Assembly (NCBI RefSeq): GCF_009914755.1
Contig: NC_060942.1
Length of the DNA stretch: 64,000 nucleotides
Reading direction: 5' to 3' (one strand)
From: the human T2T-CHM13v2.0 reference genome, Homo sapiens
The position numbers were made by a program, and so were the translations under genes. The notes beneath the pieces were generated by a model. The model was not told where the DNA came from. It made no database searches and saw only the letters and a list, made by a program, of their open reading frames with translations. Shown piece by piece: positions 1 to 19,736 of the stretch (positions within the stretch are counted from its first letter, which is position 1; every line of letters starts with the position of its first letter).

Positions 1-59
1 AGAAGAGGCTTCTTCTCCACGAGGCTAGGATGTTCAAAGCCTTGGTAAGACATATCTGA

Positions 60-570
60 TCCAGTGGGTGGGAGGTAAAACTTAGGAAGAATTCAGGAGC
101 TTTTCCATGTCAGTAAATTTTTAGAAGTTCACTGGTCTGGGCAATGACAAGACACTTCCTCAGAAGAATAAATTACTGCATCTTGCACTTCCCATAACAG
201 AAGGGAGCACAGTGCCTGGTTGGCTTCAACAGGTTTTGGGGCAGCTTATTCCACACCTAAAGATAATGCTCTGATTCGTATGCTAGAAGGCACCAAAGGC
301 TGCCTGAACATTGGGGTCCTTGCATCCAAGGACCAGCAGGCAAGAATAGTCACCATCTTAGCAGAAGTAATTGAACTTGATCAGCAGAAAAAAGTAGGGC
401 TGTACACATTGGGGATGTACGTGGAAGAACAGGTTTAGCATACGATGAGAAACTCAGGTGTGTCCTGGTATTCTCTTGTCCAATTTTTATGGTAAATGGA
501 CAAGGGCAGCAACTCCAGCCTAAGAAGGGCATGGTATCCAGGGGCTCAGACCTCCAGGGATGAGGGTTTC
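60..570 (+). mobile_element. Degenerate ERVL/MaLR-type internal sequence (pol and dUTPase relics)
   Basis: Frameshifted translation KLLHLALP..AQCLVG..FWGQLIPHL resembles ERVL RT. QQARIVTILAEVIELDQQKKVGL resembles the ERVL dUTPase (GVTVLAGVIDPDYQ..IGL). Confidence 0.6.
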
Positions 571-815
571 CAGAGTATCCACGTATCCATGACTGACTGT
601 CCCAGTGTATAAAGGCCTGGCTGCTCATCCCCAACAGGGACAACTTTGAAGCATCATCTCCTCTGCAAAGCTTCGCACACAGCAGAAAGGCTGAGGCATC
701 GCTTGAGCCGGCAGCACTACTTGACTTGTCCACTCCTGTCCACTTCTTCCCCACCCTCGTGCACAGGTGTGATGCCACGAGCACTCCATAAACCTGCTGC
801 CCACTCATCTCCATC

Positions 816-836
816 TCAGCTTCCCTGAGAACAGAT
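816..836 (-). CDS. Candidate alternative terminal exon of OSBPL1A, coding ICSQGS-stop
   Basis: Acceptor AATTTGTTCTAG|ATC TGT TCT CAG GGA AGC TGA, phase 0 compatible with exon 4. Usage is not demonstrable from sequence. Confidence 0.35.
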   Translation of the reverse strand: MCSQGS

Positions 837-1246
837 CTAGAACAAATTATATGTATATATTTCAAGGCAGTCATTCTCCATCAAATGAAACGATACGTGT
901 CAAGTTGTCTGGGCATCGCCTGAAACACAGTAGGCCTTCAATACATAAACATGAGAAATGGTCTCCTAGGAAATCCTAAAGCCCAGGATTATACATATAT
1001 TCTGTATGTTAGGTGAGATAGAGAGAATTTCTGAGACACAGAACATAGGAAGCATTTATTGTATTTGTTTATTTACTATTTTAGAGACAGGGTCTTGCTC
1101 TGTCATCCAAGCTGGAGTGCGGTGGTGCCATCATAGCTCACTCACTGTAGCCTCAAACTCCTGGGGCTCAAGCGATCCTCCTGCCTCAGCCACCAGAGTA
1201 GCTGGGACTACAAGCACATGCCATACATCCAGCTTTGAGTTTTTTA

Positions 1247-1393
<147 letters not shown>

Positions 1394-2234
1394 TTAGCCA
1401 GGTACAGTGGCACATGCCTGTGGTCCTAATTCCTGGGGAGGCTAGGGTGGGAGGATCACTTGAGCTCTGGATGTGGAGGTTGCAGTGAGCTGAGATTGCA
1501 CCACTGTACTCCAGCCTTGGCGACAGAGCGAGACCCTGTCTATAGAGAAAGAGACAGAGACAGAGAGAGAAAGAGAGAGATATGGTGGGGGGCGGGAAGA
1601 GGGGGTCTTGTTATGTTGCCCAGGTTGGCCTCTAACTCCTGACTTCAAGCGATCCTCCTGCCTTCGCCTCCTGTGTAGCTGGGATTATAGGTGTGAGCCA
1701 CTACACCCGGCTCTGGAAGCATGTGTTTTACAAGCATTCTCAGCTGGGCGTGGTGGCTCATGCCTGTGATCCGAGAACTTTGGGAGGCTGGGGTAGGAAG
1801 ACCGCTTAAGGTTCAAGACCAGCCTGGGCAACACGGTGAAACCCTGTCTCTACAAAAGATTTTTAAAAATTAGCCAGGTACAGTGGCGCACGCGTATAGT
1901 TCTAGGTGGAAGGATCTGTTGTGCCCAGACGTTCAAGGCTGCAGTGAGCTATGAGGGCCCCACTGCACTCCAGCATGGGTGAAAGAGTGAGATCCTGTAT
2001 CTAAATAAATAAATAAAAATTAAAAAAAAATAAAAGTATTCTCAATTCTGCTAAAAGGTCAGTGCAACAATCCAAATATTCATTATACATACCATATTCC
2101 TATTTTAAATTGATTATAAAAGGCATAAAAACTTTATAACTGCATCTGAAAGTAAAGTAAGGAACAAATACTAAACACAGTATTTTAAAATTCTGGTATT
2201 CTGATTTTTACCAAAGAACACTAGGGGGCACTAA

Positions 2235-2611
<377 letters not shown>

Positions 2612-2914
2612 TAAATATTCCAGAGGATAAGAGTTTAAAGTGCTTTATAATAAGCCAAATCCCTTTTCAACTCAACATTCTACTTACTGAATCACAGGAT
2701 CATAAGATATTTTAAAATTATCTTCATGGTAAATGATCACATAGGAATGAGATAACTTGATTCTTTTCATGAGAATTAGAAACCAAACTCTTTGCACAAT
2801 TCAGTCATGCTTAGATATTGAGCACATACATTTTTTAATTTTAATGTTTCCTACATAACACAATCATGTAACTTCAGCTAAATGTTATTTTCTAAGACAA
2901 CAGATAACAAAATA

Positions 2915-3801
<887 letters not shown>

Positions 3802-4211
3802 TATATATGCTGATGCTCATGTCAAACTAAGGCTCAATTTAGCATGGTCTCACGTTCAAAGTTCAAGAAAATAGCAGAAATGGCCAAATATGTAAAGAGC
3901 TGAACATAGATAAATGAACTTATTTGATCTAGGTGATTACAGAGATGGGAGGTAAAACTTACCTTGTGCTCATGGGGACACAAAAAACAAGACATGATAA
4001 TTCCTTGCTAGCAAGATTAATGCAACTTAGTAGCAGAGTTAAGACACAGACTACAGACTGGGTGCAGTGGCTCCCTCCTATAACCCCAGCACTTTGGGAT
4101 TGAGAGCACTTGAGGTCAGGAGTTTGAGACCAGCCTGGCCAACCAACATGGTGAAACCCTGTCTCTACTAAAAATACACACTATGGTGGCACATGCCTGT
4201 AATTCCAGCTA

Positions 4212-4319
<108 letters not shown>

Positions 4320-5457
4320 TCAAAAAAAAAAAAAAAAAAAAAAAGACATAGACAAAAATAACACTAATACAAGGTAGAAGACGAATGAAAGTGCTGTACT
4401 GTGCCCAGGAATCCTGGAAGAGTATAGTTTCCTTCCAGCTGCAAGATGTTAGGAAAGAATTTATGGATATTACATTTGAGTAGCACTTTGAATGGGTAGA
4501 TCTGGGCCATGTAGAAATAGATGACAATAGAATTTTCTTAGGTATATAGAAAAGAATGAGCAAGACCATAAAAAAAAACAGCAAGTAGTTCACGTAGTCA
4601 GGCAAATCGAGCCATCTGCAGCTCATATTTGAAACCCCACAAAGTCAAGCATAGAAATTAACCACAACCTTTATTGTTTATTATAAAAGGTTCTTTTTTC
4701 TCAGCTTGAGTTAAGACTCCATATCTGGTTCACAAGTATCAATTTATGAACAAATAGACAAGAGTGGTATAAAATGTACTAATTCAAACATGCTTAGCAC
4801 ATACAGAATTGACTCATGGTAACGTATTAAAAGTTAGTTAAATCTAGTCATTAGAATAATGAAAAGTGTGAAACAATATAATAATAAATTTGTTCTTTAA
4901 CTCATGATAAATTCACATAAAGCTTCCAATCACGTGCTTACGAAATAACCTTTAGGTATCATGTTGGACTATGGTCAACAACTAGAATATACAAGAAATA
5001 CACTCTATGTCATAGTTAATTTTGCATATCATTTAAATAATCAAAAAAACATTAATATGGGGTAAAGCAACTTTTAGCTATGAAAGGATAAGACAACTGT
5101 TATCCTGAAAAAATGAGCATAAAGCTGGACAAAATTGTCAAAACTAACCATTTTGTGGTGCTGGATATCCATTAAAGAAACAAACTGAGAGGCAGTTACT
5201 CCAGAGGAATGGCAGGAACTTGGAGGAAGAACACTGGGAGTCTTTAGCTTTCTAGCCACAGGCTATTAGTCCTCCCCACCTCCCCAAACAAGTCTGACCA
5301 GGGCAGGCCTGGCAGTGAAACCCAGCAGTTTTGCTGCCAGAGGGAAATGACTTGATTTAAAACAAAAGGCAAAAACCCAGTAAAAGTAGCAAATACAGCA
5401 GAAAACAAATGAGAACACCTACATGCTTGCTAGCATGAGGCTGCTTTTTCTATTAGA

Positions 5458-6468
<1,011 letters not shown>

Positions 6469-6469
6469 C

Positions 6470-8940
<2,471 letters not shown>

Positions 8941-9216
8941 AGAATAATCAGGAGTTCCCCATTGCTGGAGTACACAAGCAGAAACGGAATGATCTCCTCA
9001 CAGGGATGCTACAGAGTGGGGGTCTCCATGACCTTAGTACTGGACCTCACTGTCAGACTCAAAGATCCTGTGGCCTTTTGACCCAAAGTGCTGGTGTATA
9101 CATTTTTTTGTGTGGCTTTCTTCGGTTGCTGGTCAGATGGTTATAACAGAGAAAACAATGGTAACTACTCCTCCAAATACCTCACTTACAAACATTGAAC
9201 ATAGAATGATTTTCAC

Positions 9217-9291
9217 CTTTCGTCCTGTAAAGGCAGCTCGATGAAGCGGCGTGTCTCCCATGTCATTCAACACATTCACTTCTGCACCAGC
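9217..9291 (-). CDS. OSBPL1A: OSBPL1A exon 4 (75 nt), ankyrin repeat
   Basis: Acceptor TTTACTAG|GCT, translation AGAEVNVLNDMGDTPLHRAAFTGRK (GDTPLH motif), donor AAG|GTGAAA. In frame with exon 3. Confidence 0.97.
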
Positions 9292-9846
9292 CTAGTAAAC
9301 ATGACCACTTTAAATACCAAGAAATATACAATGGTGAAAATCATTCCTTCAAAATATATTAAGGCCTTAAAAAATTAAAATTGTTAATATTGTTTAGGTG
9401 TCAGTACTAACAATAAATTAAATTTAAAGTAACAATAAAAAGCCAGCACGGTGGTTTGAGCCCATAGTCCCAGCTACTTGGGAGGCTGAGGCAGGAGAAT
9501 CATCTGAGCCCAGGAGTTCAAGGCCAGTCTGGCACTATAGCGAGACTCCATCTTATATATATATATATATATGTACACATATAGTAGTGTATATATGGTA
9601 GGTTTTCTGAAAGGTAAAAATCTACCTGATAGGTAGAAAAATAAAAAGTAAAAAGGTACTTTTCACTAAAAATCTATACACCTTGGCCAGGCGCAGTGGC
9701 TCACACCTGTAATCCTAGCACTTTGGGAGGCTGACGTGGGCGGATTGCTTGTGCTCAGGAGTTTGAGACCAGCCTGGGCAACATGGTGAAAGTCCGTCTC
9801 TACAAAAAATAGAAAAACATTAGCCAGGTGTGGAGGCACGTGCCTA

Positions 9847-9969
<123 letters not shown>

Positions 9970-10611
9970 TTAAAAAAAAAAAAAAAAAAATCCATACACC
10001 TTCACTCTACTTTAGAAGCAGTCATATTGAAAAAAGGAGAATGATCTCTGAATGAAATACCACATTTCCTCCTTTATCAATTTAATAAGTTTTGAGGAAA
10101 AAAGATGCCATTATTTAAATGTACAGATGAATTGTAAGATGCAAGCAAATTTCAGAACTATCAGAATGTGAGAAGTTATTCATCATAGAATTAAGAAATA
10201 TGAGCTCTCAATTCTCTTTAAATACAGTGCTAAGAGATTGTGACATTGTTTTTTCTTTTTAATTTTTATTTGTGTATTGACATTATTTTTTAATTATTTA
10301 GGGTGTGCTTTGGTTATTTTTTCAACTGTCACACTCAGAACTGAAAATAAAATCTTCATTAATATGCCTACTTTTATTATTTTTAAAAGCTAGTAATAAA
10401 AAAATCTAATGATTAAACATACAATTTTAATTAATCAGGCTAACCTAATTCATGTATTTATTTAATAAAGAACAATTAAGTGTCTTGAATGATGAACTAT
10501 TGCTTTAAATAAGTCATTATGGCTCAGGTGGCTTTTCTAAGACTTTCATCTTAAAATTTCCATAACAATAATATTTACTGTAGTCATTAAAAATTAAAGT
10601 CATAAATAGAC

Positions 10612-10697
10612 CTTCAACAGATCCTGGACCACTTGTCTGTGTCCAAAATAGCATGCCAGATGTAGAGGTGTCCAGCCCAAGTTAGACTTACTTCTTC
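10612..10697 (-). CDS. OSBPL1A: OSBPL1A exon 3 (86 nt), ankyrin repeat
   Basis: Acceptor TTTTTAG|GA, translation (G)RSKSNLGWTPLHLACYFGHRQVVQDLLK with the ankyrin TPLH motif, donor AAG|GTCTAT. 121+86=207 nt restores phase 0. Confidence 0.97.
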
Positions 10698-11176
10698 CTA
10701 AAAATGGAAAAATATAAGGTATTTTTAGGTCATATTTAGGTAATTTTACAACGAAATTAACTTCTCCATAACAAGCTACCTCAATAATCTCCTTTGCAAT
10801 GCATTGCTGATAAGTGAGAGGCAAGATATGTGACCAAGAAGTGTAATGGGTGTAAAGGACGAGAACTCACAAGGTGCAGATCTGGTGCCACCTTCTGACT
10901 CGATGTCTTCACCTCTAAAGGGATAGAGGGAGACAGGACGGGGGTTACATTCGAGCTAGATGATCTCTAGCAGCTTCTTGACTCTAGGGCTCCGAGTCTT
11001 TAATCATCTTGCCATCATCAGGTCAAGAGGGGTTTTATTGACATAGTTCACGACAAGCAACTCTCTTTGAAAACCTGTATCAGGAGGGTATGGAGGAGCT
11101 GAAGGCAGCTCACAGCAACTCTCTGTACACCTGTACCACATCAAGAGTCAGTAAAGGATAGTTCCTGCAGCACCTG

Positions 11177-11456
11177 TGATGTGGTTTGGATTTGTCCCCA
11201 CCCATATCTCATGTTGAATTGGAGCAGGGGCCTGGTGGGAGGTGATTGGATCATAGGGGCGGATTTCCCTCTTGCTATTCTCGTGACAGTGAGTGAGTTC
11301 TCAGGAACTCTCTGAAAGTGTGTGGTTGTTTCCTGAGGCCTCCCTGTCAAGCTTCCTGGTAAGCCTGAGTAACTGTGAGTCAATTAAGTCTCTTTTCTTC
11401 ATAAATTACTCAGTCTCAGGTAGTTCTTTATAGCAGTGTGAAAATGGACTAATACG
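11177..11456 (+). mobile_element. MST-family MaLR LTR (internally deleted)
   Basis: TGATGTGGTTTGGATTTGTCCCCACCC start and GAAAATGGACTAATAC end. Confidence 0.75.
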
Positions 11457-12995
11457 ATTTGGAAAGCTGTGAACTCTACAGATAGTGCCTGAAAGTGGAG
11501 TCTTTGACTTCAGATAAAGTCTCAGTTAATGAGGATATTGGGTTGCCAAGGTGAAAGAGAGGACCGAAGTTAAAGACAATGAAGTGTCAGATCTTAGGAG
11601 TAGAGCTGAGGAAAGACATAAACAACTGAGTGTTGCAAAAACTAAAATCACAGATTCAATTTAGCAAAAAAGATATTCAGAGCACTATTTAGAGCTGAGG
11701 AAGCCCAAAAGCTTCCCAAAATTCCCAATCAGACTGTAGCAAATACAGCCCTATCAAATCCCAAAGTCACCTGCCTTGATGGGGCTGTTACAGCCCAAGA
11801 ACATGTTATTCCAGGGGCCACTGCAGGGAAAGAGCGATGGTTTCACAGCTACTGTAGATAGCAGTACCTCACTTACATGATACACTGCCCTCAGCTCCTG
11901 GATTCCAGGATCTGAACCCACAGAAACCTCAGCCAACAACCTCAGCACACCCACAACAGGCCTCTAACAACCCTCCAAGGGACTGCAGCTGCCAGCAGTG
12001 TCCCTGGGATTGTTTGCCATTTACCCAAACTCCTACATCTGTTTCCTCTCAAGTGTGTGTCCTGTGGAACCCCTAATTACACAGTCAATAAATCCCAGAG
12101 CCTCAGTCTCTTTCACTGAACCTATCTTTTGCTTTCTGTTCTTAGTGAAACCTAGCTCATCCTGATAAGGATCTCCCCCTTATTCTTCAGGTGGGGTCCC
12201 CCATCCCCCCTGTCCCTCACTGAACAGAAGTCGTGTGAACCTCCACATCAAAACTCCCACTGCTGGCCGAGCATGGTGGCTCATGCCTGTAATGCCAGCA
12301 TTTTAGGAGGCCAAGGATGGCGGACTGCTTGAGCCCAGGAGTTCAAGACCAGACTGGGCAACATAGAGAAACCCCATCTCTACAGAGAATTAAAAAATTA
12401 GCCAGGCCTGGTGGTGCACACCTGCAGTCTCAGCTACTCCAGAGGCTAAGGCGGAGGATCACCAGAGCCCAAGAGGTCAAGGCTTCAATGATCTGTGACT
12501 GCACCGCTGCATTCCAGCCTGGACAACAAAGCGAGACACTGTCTCAAAACAACAACAAAAAACCCACTACTGCCTTTAGTTGATGACTTCTCCACTCACA
12601 TCACAGCTCCTCCTTTGAGGCTTCTGTCATTAAGCCAAAGCTCTTGTGCATGCCTTCTCTGCTGCCATCTGCCAGCCTCCCAGTGGCCTGCCCCTCACCA
12701 AATAACTTTGGGCAGCATATTCTTTCACCCCGTTGCAAATCCTGCCACCATCCTCAGGGGGTCAACTGCCTATTCAGCACCCTGGTCTCTCACTTTCTCA
12801 GCTTCCCTCATTTCTCACAAACTGTGCCTCTGTTTAAGGTCAGGGACCCACTGCCAGAGCCACAGCCTGGGCGCCATCATCACCCCTGGACTCAGAACAC
12901 AGAAAGCCACTTTCCCAAGCACTCCCAACTTCCCAGCCTGTCCACACAGCTATCCCCCAGACTTTCTTTTCAACTTATCCAGCCCCCAGCTCTAA

Positions 12996-13175
<180 letters not shown>

Positions 13176-13299
13176 TAGGGATGGGGTTTTGCCATGTTGC
13201 CCAGGCTGGTCTCAAACTCCTGAGCTCAAGTGATCCTCTAACCTCAGCCTCCCAAAGTGGTGGGATTACAGGGGTGAGCCACTGCACCAGGCCTAATGA

Positions 13300-15060
<1,761 letters not shown>

Positions 15061-15111
15061 TTTCCAAATAGGATTCTGGATCAAGAAATCAAAATTTCCA
15101 AGATCCAGTCA

Positions 15112-15381
<270 letters not shown>

Positions 15382-17438
15382 CTATGTCTCAAAAAAAGAA
15401 AAAAATTTCCAAGATCCTACATTTACTCTTAAAATACTTCAAACAGTATTTTAAGTTTAACTACTTATAGGTATCTTTAACTACTTATCTAAAAGGATGT
15501 GTTCAATGAATAAGAAATGTCAAGCTTTGGAGTATTTACAAAGAACAGTACACTATACATAATATTAAAACACTAAAATACCAGCAGGTATTACTGGGGA
15601 ATATTCGAATAACTTCACATTTGGACCTCCTAGTAAAGTGACAGCACTACACAGAATTGTGTGTTGAGACTGCCAATATAAGTACTTAGGTTGCTTCCAA
15701 AATTTATTATTTCTTGGAACATCACTCATAGAATTTACAAAAAGTATGTTATGCATATACGTATTAATATTTATTTTATTTGCAAGAATGACTCACACAA
15801 GCAAGACAGGACCATGAACACATACTTGTAACACAACACCAGCTACAAGCAAAACTAATTCTATCCTCCTCTCCCAGACCCTAAAAACACTAACCTTCAC
15901 TTTCCACTCACATCAGCCCTTCTTTCCCTCACTTTCAACTTGACATCAGTGAATTCCTTCCAAACAGTAACATCTCTATGTTGACTGTTAACCTTTAATT
16001 CTTGCAGGAGAATTATAGTAATTTATACCATTTTCCCAATTTGTCATTATTTGGAAAAACAGGAAAGAAAGGAAAGAAAACCAAGAAATGCCGGGAAGGA
16101 ACCCCCCACATGGAAACACTATTCACGCCTGGTCTTGCCCACCCCTCCCCACTCCCTTAAGAACTGCATATCATCTGACTATGTCACCTTCTGCATCAAC
16201 CCTTCAAACTGCCCTTAAGATAAAGTCTGACTGACAGGTATAATGAGGTGAAAATTGAAAAAAATATTAACATATTTCTCAGCTTTACATTTCCAAGTAG
16301 ATGACTTTCTCCTAATTAGCCTGAGGCAAACATGGGTGGAGGTGGGAAGGGGAGACAGAAAAGGGTCACTGAGGATGATCAAATGTTTTGGCATTCAAAA
16401 TAGAATCCTGAGGTAAAGATAAAGAGCCAGTCTTTGCTGAAGAATGGGGGGAAATTTTATACATTTTTTTATTTTTTAAATATTTTTTCCTCAGATCATT
16501 CTCCATAACAAAGATATTTTAAAATTCCTTTTACCACCTCAGTTTCTAGACAACCCAGATCCTCAGATCACAGTTTCTTCCCTATTGCAAAGATGCTATT
16601 TCTTCCCCACTGAGGGTGAGGTCATGAGGTTTGCTGCCCTGGTACAGGAGGAGGAAGTAGCAAAAAGAATAAAATATCCACCTGAAGCCAGCCCTTTCTG
16701 GGACTGAGGAACTGTGGAAGAAAAAAAGACAAAAGCTGAGACACGTGGCTCTGGATCTTAAACTCGGAAAGTGGGATACATTGAGGAGACATAGAGAACA
16801 GGCAAGCTGCTTCCGGGATGCAGGAAAAGACCCCCCCTAGATCGCCCATCTTAGCACTCCCCTGCCAGATGCCACATCAAAGCAGACTCAGTAAGGTGTC
16901 CTGAGGGAAGGCTGCATTTTGGCTAACCAGAGCTGCTCTAGGTTCCCCCATGTCATTGGCTCCCACATGCCACTCTCCCAAGAAGGGAACAGGAGTGTGT
17001 CTGCATTGAACCAGCAAGCCTAGGCCAGGTGCCAGATGAAGATGTGACAGAGGGTAACACAAGCCAACATGAGAGTCTCCTGATACAGCCAAGGAGCCTT
17101 ACCTATGCCACACGACACACTGAGAGACCTGAGTTTGACTTTCTACCTGAGTTTCACGTCAGCTTCCAATGCTTAAGGAGCACCAGGAAGACAAGGGTGG
17201 CTGAGGACCCAAAGCCAAGTCATAGATTCGAGGAAAACCTGCCTCTCCACCACACGAACACACAGCAAGTCTCACCTCTACACTCAAACACCAAGCTAGA
17301 GGAAACACAGGGGAAGGGAGATCAAGACTTTATCAAAAAGGCTACTAAAAAAAGTATGGCTAGATGCAATGGATCACACCTGTAATCCCAACACTTTGGG
17401 AGGCTGAGATGAGAGGATCGCTTGAGACCAGGAGTTCA

Positions 17439-17684
<246 letters not shown>

Positions 17685-18169
17685 CTAACGTTTACTCTCC
17701 CCATACCTCCCAGAACATGAAGAGGTTTATTACAATACCAGAGCCATTTTGAGAACACGTTTTATTTCTCTGCACATTTGATGCAAGGTTGTGATGTATT
17801 GGCCACTTTGCTACACATGGCATATTATGACTTGGCTGCTATGTTGTTTCTTCTTCCTTGAACCATTTTTTCTTCTCTATCGTCACCTGGTTAACTCCTA
17901 CTCTTTCACATTTCATCTTAGAATCGTCTCCTCCAAGAAGCAAATCCTTCAAGTTCCAGTTTCACACCTCTCCCATGACACCTGCACTTCCAGATCCTGG
18001 TACCTATTTTGTAATGCAGACTAGTCTGATCTGTTAATCTACTAGACTAAGCTCAATAAGGGCAGGGATCCCATGTGTCTCTTCATCATTATCTCCAAGA
18101 CACACAGTAAACACTCAGACCTGCTGGGTCAACTGCAATGTCTTCAAGAAGAAAAAAAAATTATCATGG

Positions 18170-19473
18170 TGTATCTGGAATTGGTGGGTTCTTGGTCTCA
18201 CTGACTTCAAGAATGAAGCCGCGGACCCTCGCGGTGAGTGTTACAGCTCTTAAGGCGGCGCGTCTGGAGTTGTTTGTTCCTCCCGGTGGGCTCGTGGTCT
18301 CCCTGGCTTCAGGAGTGAAGCTGCAGACCTTCGCAGTGAGTGTTACAGCTCATAAAAGCAGTGTGGACCCAAAGAGTGAGCAGTAGCAAGATTTATTGCG
18401 AAGAGCAAAAGAACAAAGCTTCCACAGTGTGGAAGGGGACTCCAGCGAGTTGCCACTGCTGGCTCCGGCAGCCTGCTGTTATTCTCTTGTCTGGCCCCAC
18501 CCACATCCTGCTGACTGGTAGAGCCGAGTGGTCTGTTTTGACAGGGTGCTGATTGGTACCTTTACAATCCCTGAGTTAGACACAAAGGTTCTCCACATCC
18601 TCACCAGGTTAGCTAGATACAGAGTGTGGACACAAAGGTTCTCCAAGGCCCCACCAGAGTAGCTAGATACAGAGTATTGATTGGTGCATTCACAAACCCT
18701 GAACTAGACGCAGGGTGCTGATTGGTGTGTTTATAAACCTTGAGCTAGATACAGAGTGCCGATTGGTGTATTTACAATCCCTGGGCTAGACATAAAGGTT
18801 CTCCACCTCCCCACCAGACTCAGGAGCCCAGCTGGCTTCACCCAGTGGATCCCGCACTGGGGCTGCAGGTGGAGCTGCCTGCCAGTCCTGCACCATGCGC
18901 CCGCACTCCTCAGCCCTTGGGTGGTGGATGGGACTGGGCGCTGTGGAGCAGGGGGCAGTGCTCATCGAGGAGGCTTGGGCCGCACAGGAGCCCATGGAGG
19001 GGGTGGGAGGCTGAAGCATGGCCGACTGTAGGTCCTGAGCCCTGCCCCGCAGGAAGGCAGCTAAGGCCCGGTGAGAGATCCAGCGCAGCGCCGGTGGGCT
19101 GGCACTGCTGGGGGACCCAGTACACCCTCCGCAGCCGCTGGCCCGGGTGCTAAGCTCCTCATTGCCAGGGGCCGACAGGGCCGGCCGGCTGCTCCCAGTG
19201 CGGGGCCCACCAAGCCCACGCCCACGCCCACACGGAACTCCAGCCGGCCCGCAAACGCCGCGCGCAGCCCTGGTTCCCGCTAGCGCCTCTCCTTCCACAC
19301 CTCCCTGCAAGCCGAGGGAGCCGGCTCCAGCCTTGGCCAGCACAGAAAGGGGCTCCCACAGTGCAGCGATGGGCTGAAGGGCTCCTCAAGTGCCGCCAAA
19401 GTGGGAGCCCAGGCAGAGGAGGCCCGAAAGCGAGCGAGGTCTGTGAGGACTGCCAGCATGCTGTCACCTCTCA
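18170..19473 (-). mobile_element. Solo LTR12C-type (ERV9) LTR, about 1.3 kb, same orientation as OSBPL1A
   Basis: Minus strand starts TGAGAGGTGACAGC and ends CCAATTCCAGATACA. It has a CpG-rich U3 and tandem CCAATC-containing enhancer repeats (18540-18800). Flanks ATGG/ATAG form a 4-bp TSD with 1 mismatch. Confidence 0.93.
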
Positions 19474-19736
19474 ATAGGATGTATCCTGTGGGCTAGAGCC
19501 ACCCTTGTGGCTTGTAATATTTGGGATCCATAACAATTTTAAGAATTTAAAATTCTTATGTCACTTTCTCTGACTCAGAGGGGGCTAGGAGAGACATTTC
19601 CTCCAATCTGTGGGGTTCTTCCTAGCATGAGAGATAGAGATTAATTACATGATAGATAAGAAAGGTTAGCATTAAATAAATGCTAAGAGTAGTGCAGACT
19701 CATAAGAGAAAGCTACAAAATCCATTCAAAGTTTAC

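Noticed and set aside
350-874. 174-aa minus-strand ORF
   Set aside because: No recognisable domain, partly antisense to the ERVL relic, and out of frame with exon 4 at the acceptor at 836.
10600-10824. ORF 10600-10824 as a stand-alone ankyrin microprotein
   Set aside because: Only 10612-10697 is exonic and the rest is read-through into flanking intron.
15428-15488. 11-bp inverted repeat (CTTAAAATACT/AGTATTTTAAG) and 13-bp direct repeat TTTAACTACTTAT
   Set aside because: Short and AT-rich, consistent with local slippage or chance.
18540-18800. Repeat-spacer-like array of about 40-bp units
   Set aside because: These are the known ERV9 LTR enhancer repeats. There are no unique spacers or cas genes and the DNA is eukaryotic, so it is not CRISPR.
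18756-19474. GC-rich ORFs and an apparent second CpG island
   Set aside because: Explained by the U3 region of the LTR12C.
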